DNA of 53,989 nt from Bacteroidota bacterium (GCA_009908725.1 JAAAOT010000162.1:1-53989), one strand, 5' to 3'. Positions 1 to 10,303 are shown, numbered from the stretch's first letter. Notes: generated by a model not told the origin, from the sequence alone. A program made the numbers and translations.

Positions 1-786
1 CGTGACCGTGCCTCCATCCGGCTCCTCCGTCGGGACCGTAAGACCGTCGGACAGCTCCACATCGAGCAGGTCACCCCCGAGGAGGTGGTACAGCACCAAC
101 TCCTCGTAGACCGGTCCATTCGAGGCGATGTCGTCCGTGAACACGCTCAGGGCGGCGTCCGTCGGGGCCAGCAGCGTGAAGGGGCCCGGCTGATCCAGCG
201 TCGAGCGAAGTCCGATGGCATCGACGATTTCGTTCAGGCGGGATAGCTCCGGCATTACGTTCAAACGCTGCGCGAGCGTGAGCACCCGAAGTTGAACGGT
301 ATCGAGTCGGTACACGAGCCCGTTCCGGGTGTCTGCCACCTGTTCGACCTCCACGCCGTTGACGAACACGCCGGTCTCCGTGCGTGTTAGCCGGACCTCC
401 GTCCCCTCCCGCGATTCAATAAACACCGTCTGCGGCGTTCCCTTCACCGGGAAGCGATCCTCGATCACGTGGTAGGCCATCACCTCTGCCAGAAGGGACT
501 CGTTGTCCGCCCCGAAAAGAACGGTCGCGTTGACGTCGGCGAATGCATCGTTACTCGGGACGAACACCGTAAATGGGCCCGCGTCCGGGTCTGACAGGTC
601 CGCCTCAAGGCCGGCGCGGTCGAACCCGTCCGCAGCCTGTGAGAACGCGCTGTTCGCCGTGATGGCAGCGCCCACGGTTTGCGACCCGCCGTCGTCCGAT
701 GCCCCACCCCCGTCGCACCCGGCGAGTGCCACCGCGCAGGCAAGCAAAAATAAGACGCTCGCAGTCCAAAGAAATCGAGAGATCAT
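1..786 (-). CDS. Fasciclin (FAS1) domain lipoprotein, at least two FAS1 repeats; 3' end runs off the window
   Basis: Manual translation from ATG 786: MISRFLWTASVLFLLACAVALAGC (lipobox LAGC), then FAS1 motifs GPFTVFVPSNDAF, YHVI, NGLVYRLDTV and a second GPFTLLAPTDAA. Not in the ORF track because there is no stop in the window. Confidence 0.85.
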   Translation of the reverse strand, partial: MISRFLWTASVLFLLACAVALAGCDGGGASDDGGSQTVGAAITANSAFSQAADGFDRAGLEADLSDPDAGPFTVFVPSNDAFADVNATVLFGADNESLLAEVMAYHVIEDRFPVKGTPQTVFIESREGTEVRLTRTETGVFVNGVEVEQVADTRNGLVYRLDTVQLRVLTLAQRLNVMPELSRLNEIVDAIGLRSTLDQPGPFTLLAPTDAALSVFTDDIASNGPVYEELVLYHLLGGDLLDVELSDGLTVPTEEPDGGTVT

Positions 787-975
787 GGCATTCCCGGGGT
801 CGGTTGGCAGGCAGCGCGTCATCCCCTCGGACAGGCGGCACGAAGCAGAACACCCCTGTAGCTACGAAGTCCCGAGAGAAAACACAATGTCGGTTACGCT
901 CCTAAACGCCTCTCTCAGGCTTGAAACCAGAAGATTCCGCTCTGGACGCCACCTGATGGCGGAAGGATCGGTCTA

Positions 976-1110
976 TCACTCGTCCCGGAGCGCCGTCGTC
1001 GGATCGAGCATCGCGGCCCGGTACGCCTTTACCCCGACGGTCACGAGCGCGACAGCGAGAGCCCCGAGGCCCGCAAGGAAAAACACCGCCACGCCCGGCG
1101 TTTCAGCTAG
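976..1110 (-). pseudogene. C-terminal remnant of a second FtsX/MacB-type ABC permease
   Basis: AVFFLAGLGALAVALVTVGVKAYRAAMLDPTTALRDE parallels the C-terminus of the neighbouring permease (LVAIAGVSALAIALVAVSAQAFRAARLDPATTLRDE); the rest of the gene is absent. Confidence 0.7.
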
Positions 1111-1263
1111 CAGAGTCGGACCGAGGGTCCCTGCGAGGTCGCCAGATGCATCGGGGCGCCGTCTCCGCTGAGCTCGCCGCCAGAGCGCACGACCGGCAGG
1201 TTTGATACAGGTGTCGTACATCCGTCAGGCAATCAGGGGAATGAGAAAGGGCGGGCCTACCGG

Positions 1264-3665
1264 CTACTCGTCCCGCAGGGTGGTGGCGGGATCTAGGCGG
1301 GCGGCCCGGAAGGCCTGCGCGCTGACGGCGACGAGGGCGATCGCCAGCGCGGAGACTCCGGCGATGGCGACGAGGTCCACCCCGATCCCCGTTCGGTAGG
1401 CGAAGGACGAGAGCCAGCGATTCATCGCCAGGTACGCAATCGGAACGGCTATCAGGAACGCGACTCCGACCAGCAGAACGAACTCACGAAACATGAGATT
1501 GACAACCTGGGCAGCGGTCGCTCCCATCGCCTTGCGAATCCCGATCTCCTTGGAGCGTCGCTGCACGGTGTACGTTGCGAGTCCGAACAGTCCGAGGCAG
1601 GCAACGAGAATAGCCAGCCCGGCGAACAGGCTGAAGAGGCCGCCGGCACGCTGCACATCGCGGTGCACCCGGTCGTAGGTCTGGTCGAGAAAGGTATACT
1701 GAAACGGCGTGCCGCCCGCCATCTGTGTCCACGCCTCACGGATCCCGTCAACGGCCGACGACGTGCTTCCGGGGGCGAGCCGGGCGTAGACGCTCTCCGG
1801 CTGAGATGCCGGCGGAAGGGGGTGATCAATCAGCAGAGCGAGCGGCTCCACCTCCGAACGCATCGACGCGTAATGGAAGTTCTCGACGACGCCGATGACG
1901 TCGTACGTGCAGAGTGTGTCGCAGGACATGAGTTGCTGCTCGAGCGGGTTGTCCCATCCGTAAAGGTCGACGGCCGCCTGATTCAGAACGACAGTGCTGG
2001 AATCCGCGGGCCGGGCAGGATCGAAGCCCCGCCCGTTCACGACCGAGATCTCCATCGACTCGATGAAGCGGGGACCGACCTGCATGTACTGCAGGGCCTG
2101 AACGGTATTATCGCCGCCCCCGACGGGCATGAACGACGTCTGCGAGGCGCCGCGAAAAAGCCCGTCGCCCGACGTCGCCGACCGAACGCCGGGTATGCGG
2201 GGCGATCCGATCGGTAAAGGTGGTCTGTTGCGTACCGAGGTCACCGGCGCGCTTGATTTCGACGACGCGTTCCTTGTCCAGCCCGAGACGCTTCGACTGG
2301 ATGTAGTTGAACTGGCTCTGCGCGACGAGCGTCCCGATGATGAGCGTAATGGAAATTGCGAACTGAAACACCACGAGGCCCTTCCGGAGACGTCGGCCCT
2401 GCCCGCCCGAGCTTTGGCGCCCGGCCGAGCGCAGCACCGTGGAGGGGGCGAAGCGGGAGAGAGCAAATGCCGGGTAGCTACCGGCCCCCCCCGACAACAA
2501 GAGCGATCAGGATCGCAGCGGCCACGGTCCACGGTCCCAGCACATCGCCGGAGGTGAGCGACGTCCCGGCCAGCCGGTTGAAGAGCGGCAGGGCCATCAG
2601 CGAAACGATGAAGGCAGCGAGCGTAGCGATCGCGGCAGTCACGGTCGCCTCCCCGAGAAACTGGCCGGCGAGTTGCTTTCGACCGGCGCCGAGCGCTTTC
2701 CGCATTCCCACTTCCGTTGCGCGCTCCGTCGCCCGGGCCGTCGCCAGGTTCATAAAGTTGATGCACGCAATCAGCAGGATGAACAGGCCGATCAGCGATA
2801 TGGTGTATACGACGGAGATCGACCCGCTGGGCCCGACGTTGTTGTACGGCGAATGAAGGTAGATCGACGGTAGCGACTCCGCGACCAGACGATAGACAAA
2901 GTTGTCGGACGGGTCCCCGAACCGGCCGCGGACGTCCTGCATCGCTCGGGTTTCTACGATTGCGTCCAGCTGGGACTGGAAGTCGGCGGTCGTAGCCCCG
3001 TCGACCAGCCGGGCGTACGTCACGAACGCGAACCCGGTCCAGTTTTCCTTGAACACATCCCGCATTCCCTGACGCCGGACCACCGCACGAAACTGAAGGT
3101 GCGACGTCTCGGGCACGTCGGACATCACGGCCGTCACCCGGCGCAGATCGCCGTCCATCTGCAGGGTTTCCCCCACCACGTCCGCCCGGCCGAAAACCTC
3201 TTGGGCGGTGGTCTCCGTCAAGACAACGGCATCGACCGGTTGCAGTGCAGTGTTCGGGTCCCCGCGCACCACGTCGAACCCGTCGAACACATCGAAGAAT
3301 GTGGAGTCCACCTTCAAGGCCTGCCGCTCGGACAGCGCCGTTTGTCCCTTGCGAAAGATGACCCGATCGGGCCGGACCCGGACGACCGCTTCCGCCTGCG
3401 GCACGTCGCTTCGAATGGCCGGGGCGAGCGGCGCGGGCACACCGATCGTCCGGGTCATCGCGTCGGTAATGCGGGCCTCGATCGCGACCCGATGAATCCG
3501 GTCGGCGCCGGGGTGAAAGTCGTCGAAGCTCAGCTCACGCTCCACCCACAGACCGATGAGCAGGCATGCGGCGATGCCGGCCGTCAGTCCAAGAATATTG
3601 ATTACGGTCGGGCCGATGCGCTTGCGGAGCGTCCGGGCAGCGATCGTCAGGTAATTGAACAGCAT
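1264..3665 (-). pseudogene. ABC transporter permease (MacB/FtsX duplicated-domain type) split by two +1 frameshifts
   Basis: Starts MLFNYLTIAARTL at 3665. Motifs ACINFMNLATARATERATEVGMRKALGA, GSYPAF...LRKGLVVFQF and RRSKEIGIRKAMGA fall in three consecutive frames. Breaks are at a C8 run (2485-2492) and a G4 run (2199-2202). Confidence 0.8.
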
Positions 3666-3885
3666 GGCGGGAGGGAAAGACAGACAGGCCGGCGAATCGT
3701 CGAGGGGTACGTATCTCTGGCTGTACAATCCGCGTTCCGCACCGTGCTGCCACCGATTGCGGCGCGTGCACGCCGGTCCTCGGCGCCCGACCGTGCGTCA
3801 ACGCACAATCGACCGTGCGCCGCCGCACAACGTCCAGATCTGGACCAGGCCGATTCACCAGCGGCGTTACGGGAGCCCGCCGGAC

Positions 3886-6645
3886 TCACGGCGCAGACTC
3901 GCTCCTCTCCACCTGAGGTTGCATCGCGCGGGCATCGGCGAGTCGCTGGCGTGCCGTCTGAACGCGGCGGTCGTCGGGGCCGTGCGTTTCCCGGAGCCGA
4001 TCGTAGCTCTCGGTGAGCAGCGGTACGGCCTCTACCGGCCGCCCGAGCGCGGTCAGGCAGGCCCCGAGCGTGTTGCGGGCGACGGCCACACGCCAGTGCC
4101 CCTCTCCCAGTGCCTCCACGCGCAGGTTGACGGCTTCGCGGAGAAGCGGTTCGGCCTCGGCGGCACGGTCTGTTTCGACGAGCAGAGCGCCGAGTCGAAT
4201 GAGCGGGTAGGCGGTGTTCACGTGGCCGCCCGGAAAAATCCGGCGATGGAGGTCGAGGCTCTGGCGGTACCGGGTCTCCGCCCGCGACCGTTGACCTGCC
4301 GCGTGCAACGACGAGGCGAGGCTGTAGCTCAGGGCCGCAGCATACGGGTGTTCGGGTCCCAGCGTCGACTGCACGACCCCCAATGCGCGCCGGTAGTACG
4401 TGGCCTGCTCCCCGTGCCGCTCCAGACCGCCCAGAATCCCCGCCAGGGTCCCCATGCTCGCCGTCGTTTCTACGTGCTCTTCCCCGAACACCTCGATGCG
4501 CATCTCAAGGGCGCGGCGCGCAATCGGCTCGGCCGCGGCGTAATCGCCCATGGTCGAGTACAGTCGCGCCAGATGATTCAGCGTATGGGCTACGTCCGGA
4601 TGCGGGCCGTCGTACAGGCGCTCGCGCATGGCCAGTGCCTCGCGGTAGAGCGTTTCTGATTCCTCGAACTGGCTCTTGTGGCGGAGAACCATCGCCAGAT
4701 TGTTCAGGCTCATCGCCACATCCGGATGGTCCCCGTCGTAGGCCTCGCGTCGCAGGCGGAGCACGCGTCGGTAGAGGGTCTCGGCCGTTTCCCGGTCCCC
4801 CTGGTCGAAACGCAGGGTGGCCTGTTCGTTGAGCGTGCTCGCCGTGCGGGGGTCGTCGGCACCGAAGTGCTCGGTGCGTAGGGCGAGAGCACGCTGGAAG
4901 AGGGAGTCCGCCCGGTCGAAGTCGCCCTGCTGGTGGAGGAGCGTACCGTAGTCGTGGAGCGTCGCTGCCACGTTGGGAGCGCCTGAACCTGCGGTTTCGC
5001 GCTGCAGCGCAAGCGCCGCACGATAGAGGGAATCGGCCGTCGTGTAATCGCCCGTCTCCTGCCGAAGGATCGCCAGGCTGCGGAGGCCGGCAGCGACCTC
5101 CTCCGGCTCGGCGTCGGCTCCGGTTTGGCGGAGATCCAGCGAGCGCTCCAGTAGCGGGCCGGCCGCGTCGAAGGCGCCGAGGCTCTGGTACACACTGCCC
5201 ATCACCTGCATCATGCGGGCCTGTACGCGCGGCTGACCGGTCAGATCGCGCTCGATCCGCTCGGCTCCCCGGTCCAGCACCGCCCGCGCCGTCACATTCT
5301 CTCCCCCCGACCGAGCGGGATCCGCGACGGCGAACAGGTCCTGCAGGAAATCGGACACCCGGGTAGCGGTGGCGGCTTCAAGCCGGGCGCGATCGCGTTC
5401 CTGCGCCAGCTGCACCGTGTAAAAACTGACGAGCACCGCGATAAGCAGCATCACCGCTGCGGCTACCGTCACACCGGCGCGATGACGCTGCAAAAACTTG
5501 CGTGTGCGATAGGCGACGGTGTCAGGTTGAGCCGCGACAGGACGGCCCTCCAGATAGCGCTGCAGGTCGTCGGCCAGTTGTTCGGCCGAGGCGTAGCGTC
5601 GCTCCGGCTCCTTCCGAAGCGCCTTCAGGCAGATCGTGTCGAGGTCTCCTCGCAGCGCCGGCTTCCGCTCCGCCGGTGCCACCGTGGAAGGCGGATCCGG
5701 GAGCCGCGTTGACACGATCCGCTCGATGTCGGCAGGGGAGCGGTTGGCAAGGTCGAAGGGCCGTTGTCCGGCGAGGAGTTCGTAGAGCACCACGCCGAGC
5801 GCGTACGTGTCCGTCGCCGTTGTCACAGAGCGGTGCTGTACCTGTTCAGGCGCGGCGTACGCTGGCGTCATCACGGCGCTGCCCGTGCGGGTCAGGGCGT
5901 TATCCGCGGAATCTCCGGTCAGCACCTTGGCAATCCCGAAGTCGAGCAACTTGACCTGTCTCTCGCCCCGTGCGGTGTCGTCAGCTTCCGATACAAGCAG
6001 ATTCGACGGCTTCAGGTCGCGATGCACGATCAGGTGACGGTGGGCGTACTGCACGGCGGTGCAAACGTCCCGGACCAGCCGAATCCGCTCCTCCACCGAG
6101 CACGCGGCCTCCTCACAGTAGCGGTCGAGCGGTACGCCGTCGACGAACTCCATGGCGAAGTAGGGCCGACCGTCGGTGCTGAGACCGCCATCCAGCAGGC
6201 GGGCAATATTCGGGTGATGAAGTCCGGCCAGAATCTGCCGTTCGCTCTCAAATCGTCGTACGATCCGCTCCGACGCCATCCCGCCGCGGATGATCTTCAA
6301 CGCGACCTGCTGCTCGAAGCCTCCATCGGCGCGTTCCGCAAGAAAAACGGCCCCCATGCCGCCGCGTCCGATCGGCTCGATAATGCGGTACGGGCCGATG
6401 CGCTCGCCGTCGGAGGGAAGGATCCCGACCGGGAGCAGGTCGTGCGGTAGCGCGATGGCGTCGAGCGCCAGACTGTCGAGCAGGGGATGCGCATTGGCGT
6501 CCGCCGCAAGCAGGGACCGGAGCTCGTCCAGCAGGTCCGGGTCGCCGGCGCATTTTTCCCGGAGAAACGCCTCGCGCTGCTCAGGCGATCGATCCAGGGC
6601 AGCGTCAAACAGAGTCTGGATTCGTGTCCATCGGGCGGCGTCCAT
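3886..6645 (-). CDS. Membrane-anchored Ser/Thr protein kinase with C-terminal TPR array
   Basis: Hanks motifs GRGGMGAV, VALK, HRDLKPSN, DFG, TPAYAAPEQ; a TM segment (GVTVAAAVMLLIAVLVSFY); then many ~42-aa TPR repeats (HPDVAMSLNNLA...). ATG 6645; alternative TTG 6660. Confidence 0.93.
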   Translation of the reverse strand: MDAARWTRIQTLFDAALDRSPEQREAFLREKCAGDPDLLDELRSLLAADANAHPLLDSLALDAIALPHDLLPVGILPSDGERIGPYRIIEPIGRGGMGAVFLAERADGGFEQQVALKIIRGGMASERIVRRFESERQILAGLHHPNIARLLDGGLSTDGRPYFAMEFVDGVPLDRYCEEAACSVEERIRLVRDVCTAVQYAHRHLIVHRDLKPSNLLVSEADDTARGERQVKLLDFGIAKVLTGDSADNALTRTGSAVMTPAYAAPEQVQHRSVTTATDTYALGVVLYELLAGQRPFDLANRSPADIERIVSTRLPDPPSTVAPAERKPALRGDLDTICLKALRKEPERRYASAEQLADDLQRYLEGRPVAAQPDTVAYRTRKFLQRHRAGVTVAAAVMLLIAVLVSFYTVQLAQERDRARLEAATATRVSDFLQDLFAVADPARSGGENVTARAVLDRGAERIERDLTGQPRVQARMMQVMGSVYQSLGAFDAAGPLLERSLDLRQTGADAEPEEVAAGLRSLAILRQETGDYTTADSLYRAALALQRETAGSGAPNVAATLHDYGTLLHQQGDFDRADSLFQRALALRTEHFGADDPRTASTLNEQATLRFDQGDRETAETLYRRVLRLRREAYDGDHPDVAMSLNNLAMVLRHKSQFEESETLYREALAMRERLYDGPHPDVAHTLNHLARLYSTMGDYAAAEPIARRALEMRIEVFGEEHVETTASMGTLAGILGGLERHGEQATYYRRALGVVQSTLGPEHPYAAALSYSLASSLHAAGQRSRAETRYRQSLDLHRRIFPGGHVNTAYPLIRLGALLVETDRAAEAEPLLREAVNLRVEALGEGHWRVAVARNTLGACLTALGRPVEAVPLLTESYDRLRETHGPDDRRVQTARQRLADARAMQPQVERSESAP

Positions 6646-6710
6646 GTCATCCGTCGTCAATAGGAGGCGGGAAGGGCGGCGGAAGGCCGAGGCGTTCGAC
6701 GGCCCCCGCT

Positions 6711-6746
6711 ATGTACAAACGCAGCAAACACGTCTGCAACCGGTCA
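6711..6746 (-). promoter_or_regulatory. Putative ECF-sigma promoter upstream of the kinase gene
   Basis: TGACCGGT-N15-TGCGTT-TGTACAT; 24/36 identical, without gaps, to the element at 10212-10247. Confidence 0.55.
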
Positions 6747-6770
6747 CGCCCGGACCGAGACCTTCGACAT

Positions 6771-7334
6771 TCAGCTGTCGGCGTGTTGGAGGGCACGGCT
6801 CAGCCAGGCGCGCGCCAGGCGCCAGTCCCGCTGCACCGTAGACACGGAGACGTCCAGGATGGTGGCAATTTCCTCCTGCGTCAGCCCCCCGAAAAAGCGG
6901 TAGACCACGACCCGGCTCTGTCTTTCGTTGATCTCTTCGAGTTGTTCGAGGGCATCGTTCAGGTCGATCAGCTCTTCGGCGCGGATGCTCCGCGGTGCCA
7001 TCCCGTCCTCAAACGTTGCGACCGGTGCACCGCCCCCGCGCTTCTGCGCCTGTCGCTTCTTCGCGTAATTGATCAGGATCCGTCGCATGGACAGCGCGGC
7101 CACGCCCATGAAGTGAGCGCGGTTCTGCCATGTCATGCGGTCCTGCTGGACGAGCTTTTCGTAGGCCTCATGCACGAGGGCCGTCGTGTCGAGCGTGTGG
7201 TTGGCTCGTTCACCGTTAAGGGACCGGCGGGCGAGCGACTTGAGCTCGTCGTACACGCGGGGCAGCACCGCGTCAACCACCGTCCGATTGCCGCCCGTCA
7301 GGTCGTTGAGCAATTCCGTGAAAGGCTGGGACAT
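6771..7334 (-). CDS. ECF sigma factor, kinase-associated (ECF43 / sig70_X6-like)
   Basis: VYDELKSLARR, HTLDTTALVHEAY (Thr pair replacing the DAED motif), MRRILINYA, RFFGGLTQEEIA, STVQRDWRLARAWL; immediately upstream of a Ser/Thr kinase; no anti-sigma gene. Confidence 0.9.
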   Translation of the reverse strand: MSQPFTELLNDLTGGNRTVVDAVLPRVYDELKSLARRSLNGERANHTLDTTALVHEAYEKLVQQDRMTWQNRAHFMGVAALSMRRILINYAKKRQAQKRGGGAPVATFEDGMAPRSIRAEELIDLNDALEQLEEINERQSRVVVYRFFGGLTQEEIATILDVSVSTVQRDWRLARAWLSRALQHADS

Positions 7335-7622
7335 GCCGAAAAACGGTTCGAGAGGGGACCTGAGTACGATTTAGAATACAAGGTGCTCGAAGCCCGATCA
7401 ACGCCCGGTGCCCCAAAATCACCAGTACGCGCCAATTCTGACACGGTGGATGCGCCACATCCCACATCCGGGCAGACGCCCATTCAGCGGACCCACCTAA
7501 ATTATTAAGAAATGATGAACGGTTGCTGTTCGTTCGCGGATTCGATGCGTCAGTAAGTGAGAGCCGACCCCACCGGCCCCTGCCCTGCCCATCGTTTGCC
7601 CGTCCACCTGACGCCCGCGACC

Positions 7623-10040
7623 ATGCCCTCTTTTCGAGCACTCGTGTTCATCATCGGATTCACTCTACTCCTCTCCGCCTGCGACAGCGGCGCACCGGGC
7701 ACCTCTTCGTCCGGTGATGTCGAAGACGTGGACTCCTACCTCAACGAGCTGCCTGACTGGAGCGAGTTCTCGCCTCCGAGGCCGGATGCCGGCGGCCCGA
7801 CCGGAGCAGCGGTGAAGGAAGCGCCCATCAGCGTCGACGTCGACAGCATTGGTGACGACGGCGAAGTCTACACCCTCGAGAACGTTGAGTACGAGTGCGA
7901 GACCCAGCCGTACTCGATCACGCGCACGCCGGGGCGCGACCTCGTCATGTACAACCCGAGCGAGCTGCTGTGGCCCGGCGCGCTGCTCCAGGGGAAGAGC
8001 CACACGATCGGCAGCATGTCCGATCTGTCCATTTCCGGAGCAGAACGCGCTCCCCTGAACGTGTCGCTCAACGTATCGACGACACGGGCGAGCTTTCGCA
8101 CGGTCGAGGAGCCGACGAAGTCCGTGGTTCGCGATGCCGTGAGCACCATGGTCGGCGAGGCGGTGCAGGATGGCATTGCCACACCGAGTTCGATCGCGTT
8201 CGAGCTCCGAACGTACCACAGCGAGCAGCAAACAGCCCTCGAGATGGGCCTCTCCGGACGCTACCTCGGATACAGCGCGTCCGCCCGCGGCTCGATCGAG
8301 CGCCAGGCATCGGAGACGACCGTCACAGCGCACTACTACCAGAACATGTACGAGGTCGAAATCGACAATCCGCCGGCACCGGGCGACGTCTTCTCCGAGG
8401 CATTGACCGAGGAGAAGCTCCAAGAACTCCAGCGCAGCGGCGAGATCGGGCCGGACAATCTGCCGATCTACGTGTCGAAGATCATTTACGGCCGGATGAT
8501 GATGTTTTCCCTCACCTCCACGGCGAGTCGGAGCGAGATTGAGGCCGCGATGAACGCCGCGTATGACGGGATTGGCGGGGACGGCAGCGCGTCGCTGAGT
8601 GCCAAAGAGCGGTCGATTCTGAACGAAGCGAAGATCGAGGTCACCTCGGTCGGAGGGGACGGACAAAACGTGATCGACGTGATTCGCTCGGGGAACTGGC
8701 GAGACTACTTCACCGAGAACGCCCCGCTCAGCACCGCAGCCCCGCTCAGTTACACGTTCCGCAACCTGGGCGACAACAGCATCGCGAAGGTCACCGAGTC
8801 GACCGACTACGAGATCCGGACGTGCACGGCCACGCAGGCCTCACCGGGTACGTTCGACCTGCAGGATGCCGCCACGCTGTCCGTTCCGATCTCGACGCCT
8901 TTCTCCACGACCGTCACCGACGTGGATGGCGACAGCAATGACGACCTCATCTTCAACCATCTCGGAGCGACGAATGAAGTGGCCATCGCGTTCTCCAACG
9001 GCGACGGCACGTTCGCGTCTCCACAGGTCCAGATTCATCCGGATGCGCCCGCCAGCGGATGGGCAGATTCCGACTTCGTCACGGCCGACCTGGAGGACGA
9101 CGGCAGCCATGAACTGGTCTGGAGCCGGGTCGATAACGTGAGCGGGGCGAACCGGACGTACGTAGCGCGTGCCAGCGGCCGTTCCCTCACATTCCTTGAC
9201 GGCGTGACCCACCCGGACACGCCGTCCCAGGGCGGCGGCTGGGATCAGTACCGAACGCTCGTCGGCGACATGGACGGGGATGGCGACGACGACCTCGTCT
9301 GGAACCTTCTCGGAAACCGAAACCGCACCTTCGTCGGCTTCTCTAATGGCGACGGCACGTTTCGCCTCCCCACCACCAGCCAGAACCAGGGGAGCACGTG
9401 GTTTCCCTATGAGGCCTTCGTCGGCGACGTGACGAATGACGGGAAGGCCGACATGCTCTGGTCCGTTACGACCGACAGCCGCAACGGCTGGTACGTCGGA
9501 GAGTCGCTTATCGAGCCGAATACGGATCCCGGCGAGGGCGCCTACTTCGACCTGAGATTTGCTGAACGCGGAGGCAGCGGATGGGACGACTACTACACAC
9601 TGACCGGCGACATCGACGGGCAGAACGGGACCGATCTGGTCTTCGTCGCGCTCGGTCGAACGAGCGAAAACGTTCCCGTGCACCGCGTGCTGTCTGATGG
9701 AAACGGGTCGTTTATCGCCGGCAACCTGGATCGGCTCAAAACGAACGGTGGGTCCGACAACCGCATCTCCGTACGCCTCGCGGATGTTACGGGGGAAGGC
9801 CGGAGCGATCTCGTCGTTCACAACTGGACCGCGCGAGAAACCTATGTCGGCCTCGGCACCTCGGACGGCTCGTTCGATTTCTCACGCGCCGCGCAATCCG
9901 TTCCACAGGACGACTGGTCGCAGTTCATTCTTGCGACCGGCGACTTCAACGGCGACCGGCTGCAGGACGTCCTCTGGATCAATGAAGCGCCGAGCAGCCG
10001 GGTCTACGTCGGCCTCGCCCGGCAGGACGATGCGCTGTAG
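7623..10040 (+). CDS. Lipoprotein: thiol-activated cytolysin (CDC-like) core plus seven FG-GAP/VCBS repeats
   Basis: Lipobox LLLSAC. CDC motifs LWPGALLQG, RAPLNVSL, YYQNMYEV, PIYVSKIIYGR, SVGGDG, APLSYTFRNLGDN. Then seven DxD/NGDGxxDL-type repeats. ATG 7623 preferred over the ORF-track start 7557. Confidence 0.85.
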   Translation: MPSFRALVFIIGFTLLLSACDSGAPGTSSSGDVEDVDSYLNELPDWSEFSPPRPDAGGPTGAAVKEAPISVDVDSIGDDGEVYTLENVEYECETQPYSITRTPGRDLVMYNPSELLWPGALLQGKSHTIGSMSDLSISGAERAPLNVSLNVSTTRASFRTVEEPTKSVVRDAVSTMVGEAVQDGIATPSSIAFELRTYHSEQQTALEMGLSGRYLGYSASARGSIERQASETTVTAHYYQNMYEVEIDNPPAPGDVFSEALTEEKLQELQRSGEIGPDNLPIYVSKIIYGRMMMFSLTSTASRSEIEAAMNAAYDGIGGDGSASLSAKERSILNEAKIEVTSVGGDGQNVIDVIRSGNWRDYFTENAPLSTAAPLSYTFRNLGDNSIAKVTESTDYEIRTCTATQASPGTFDLQDAATLSVPISTPFSTTVTDVDGDSNDDLIFNHLGATNEVAIAFSNGDGTFASPQVQIHPDAPASGWADSDFVTADLEDDGSHELVWSRVDNVSGANRTYVARASGRSLTFLDGVTHPDTPSQGGGWDQYRTLVGDMDGDGDDDLVWNLLGNRNRTFVGFSNGDGTFRLPTTSQNQGSTWFPYEAFVGDVTNDGKADMLWSVTTDSRNGWYVGESLIEPNTDPGEGAYFDLRFAERGGSGWDDYYTLTGDIDGQNGTDLVFVALGRTSENVPVHRVLSDGNGSFIAGNLDRLKTNGGSDNRISVRLADVTGEGRSDLVVHNWTARETYVGLGTSDGSFDFSRAAQSVPQDDWSQFILATGDFNGDRLQDVLWINEAPSSRVYVGLARQDDAL

Positions 10041-10074
10041 ACGACGGGATCCACGCGTAACATACAGGCACAGG

Positions 10075-10120
10075 GGCGCCCCGCAATGTCCAGCCGTTCG
10101 GGCCGGGCAGGCGGGGCGCC
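10075..10120 (+). other. Perfect 10-bp inverted repeat between the two CDCL genes (no U-tract)
   Basis: GGCGCCCCGC (10075-10084) / GCGGGGCGCC (10111-10120). Confidence 0.5.
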
Positions 10121-10211
10121 GGTGCATGATGCCGAACGGTCAGTGATGGGCTTCCGCGCACGGAGCCACGCCTTCCTCACCCGGACACCAATGTTAAGAT
10201 ACGTTGAAGCA

Positions 10212-10247
10212 TGATCGGTCCGACACCGGGTTATTGCGTCTATACAT
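10212..10247 (+). promoter_or_regulatory. Putative ECF-sigma promoter upstream of the second CDCL gene
   Basis: TGATCGGT-N15-TGCGTC-TATACAT; same spacing as 6711-6746; the 3' part is also shared with 7546-7566. Confidence 0.55.
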
Positions 10248-10303
10248 GAGAGCCGCCTGGGAAGAATCGCAGCGCTCTCATCGGAAGTCTCGATTCTCAT
10301 CAG

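Noticed and set aside
3666-3885. ECF promoter motif copies upstream of the permease (and of the OM barrel at ~13450-13475)
   Set aside because: Only partial matches with wrong spacing (16 and 12 nt); not distinguishable from chance.
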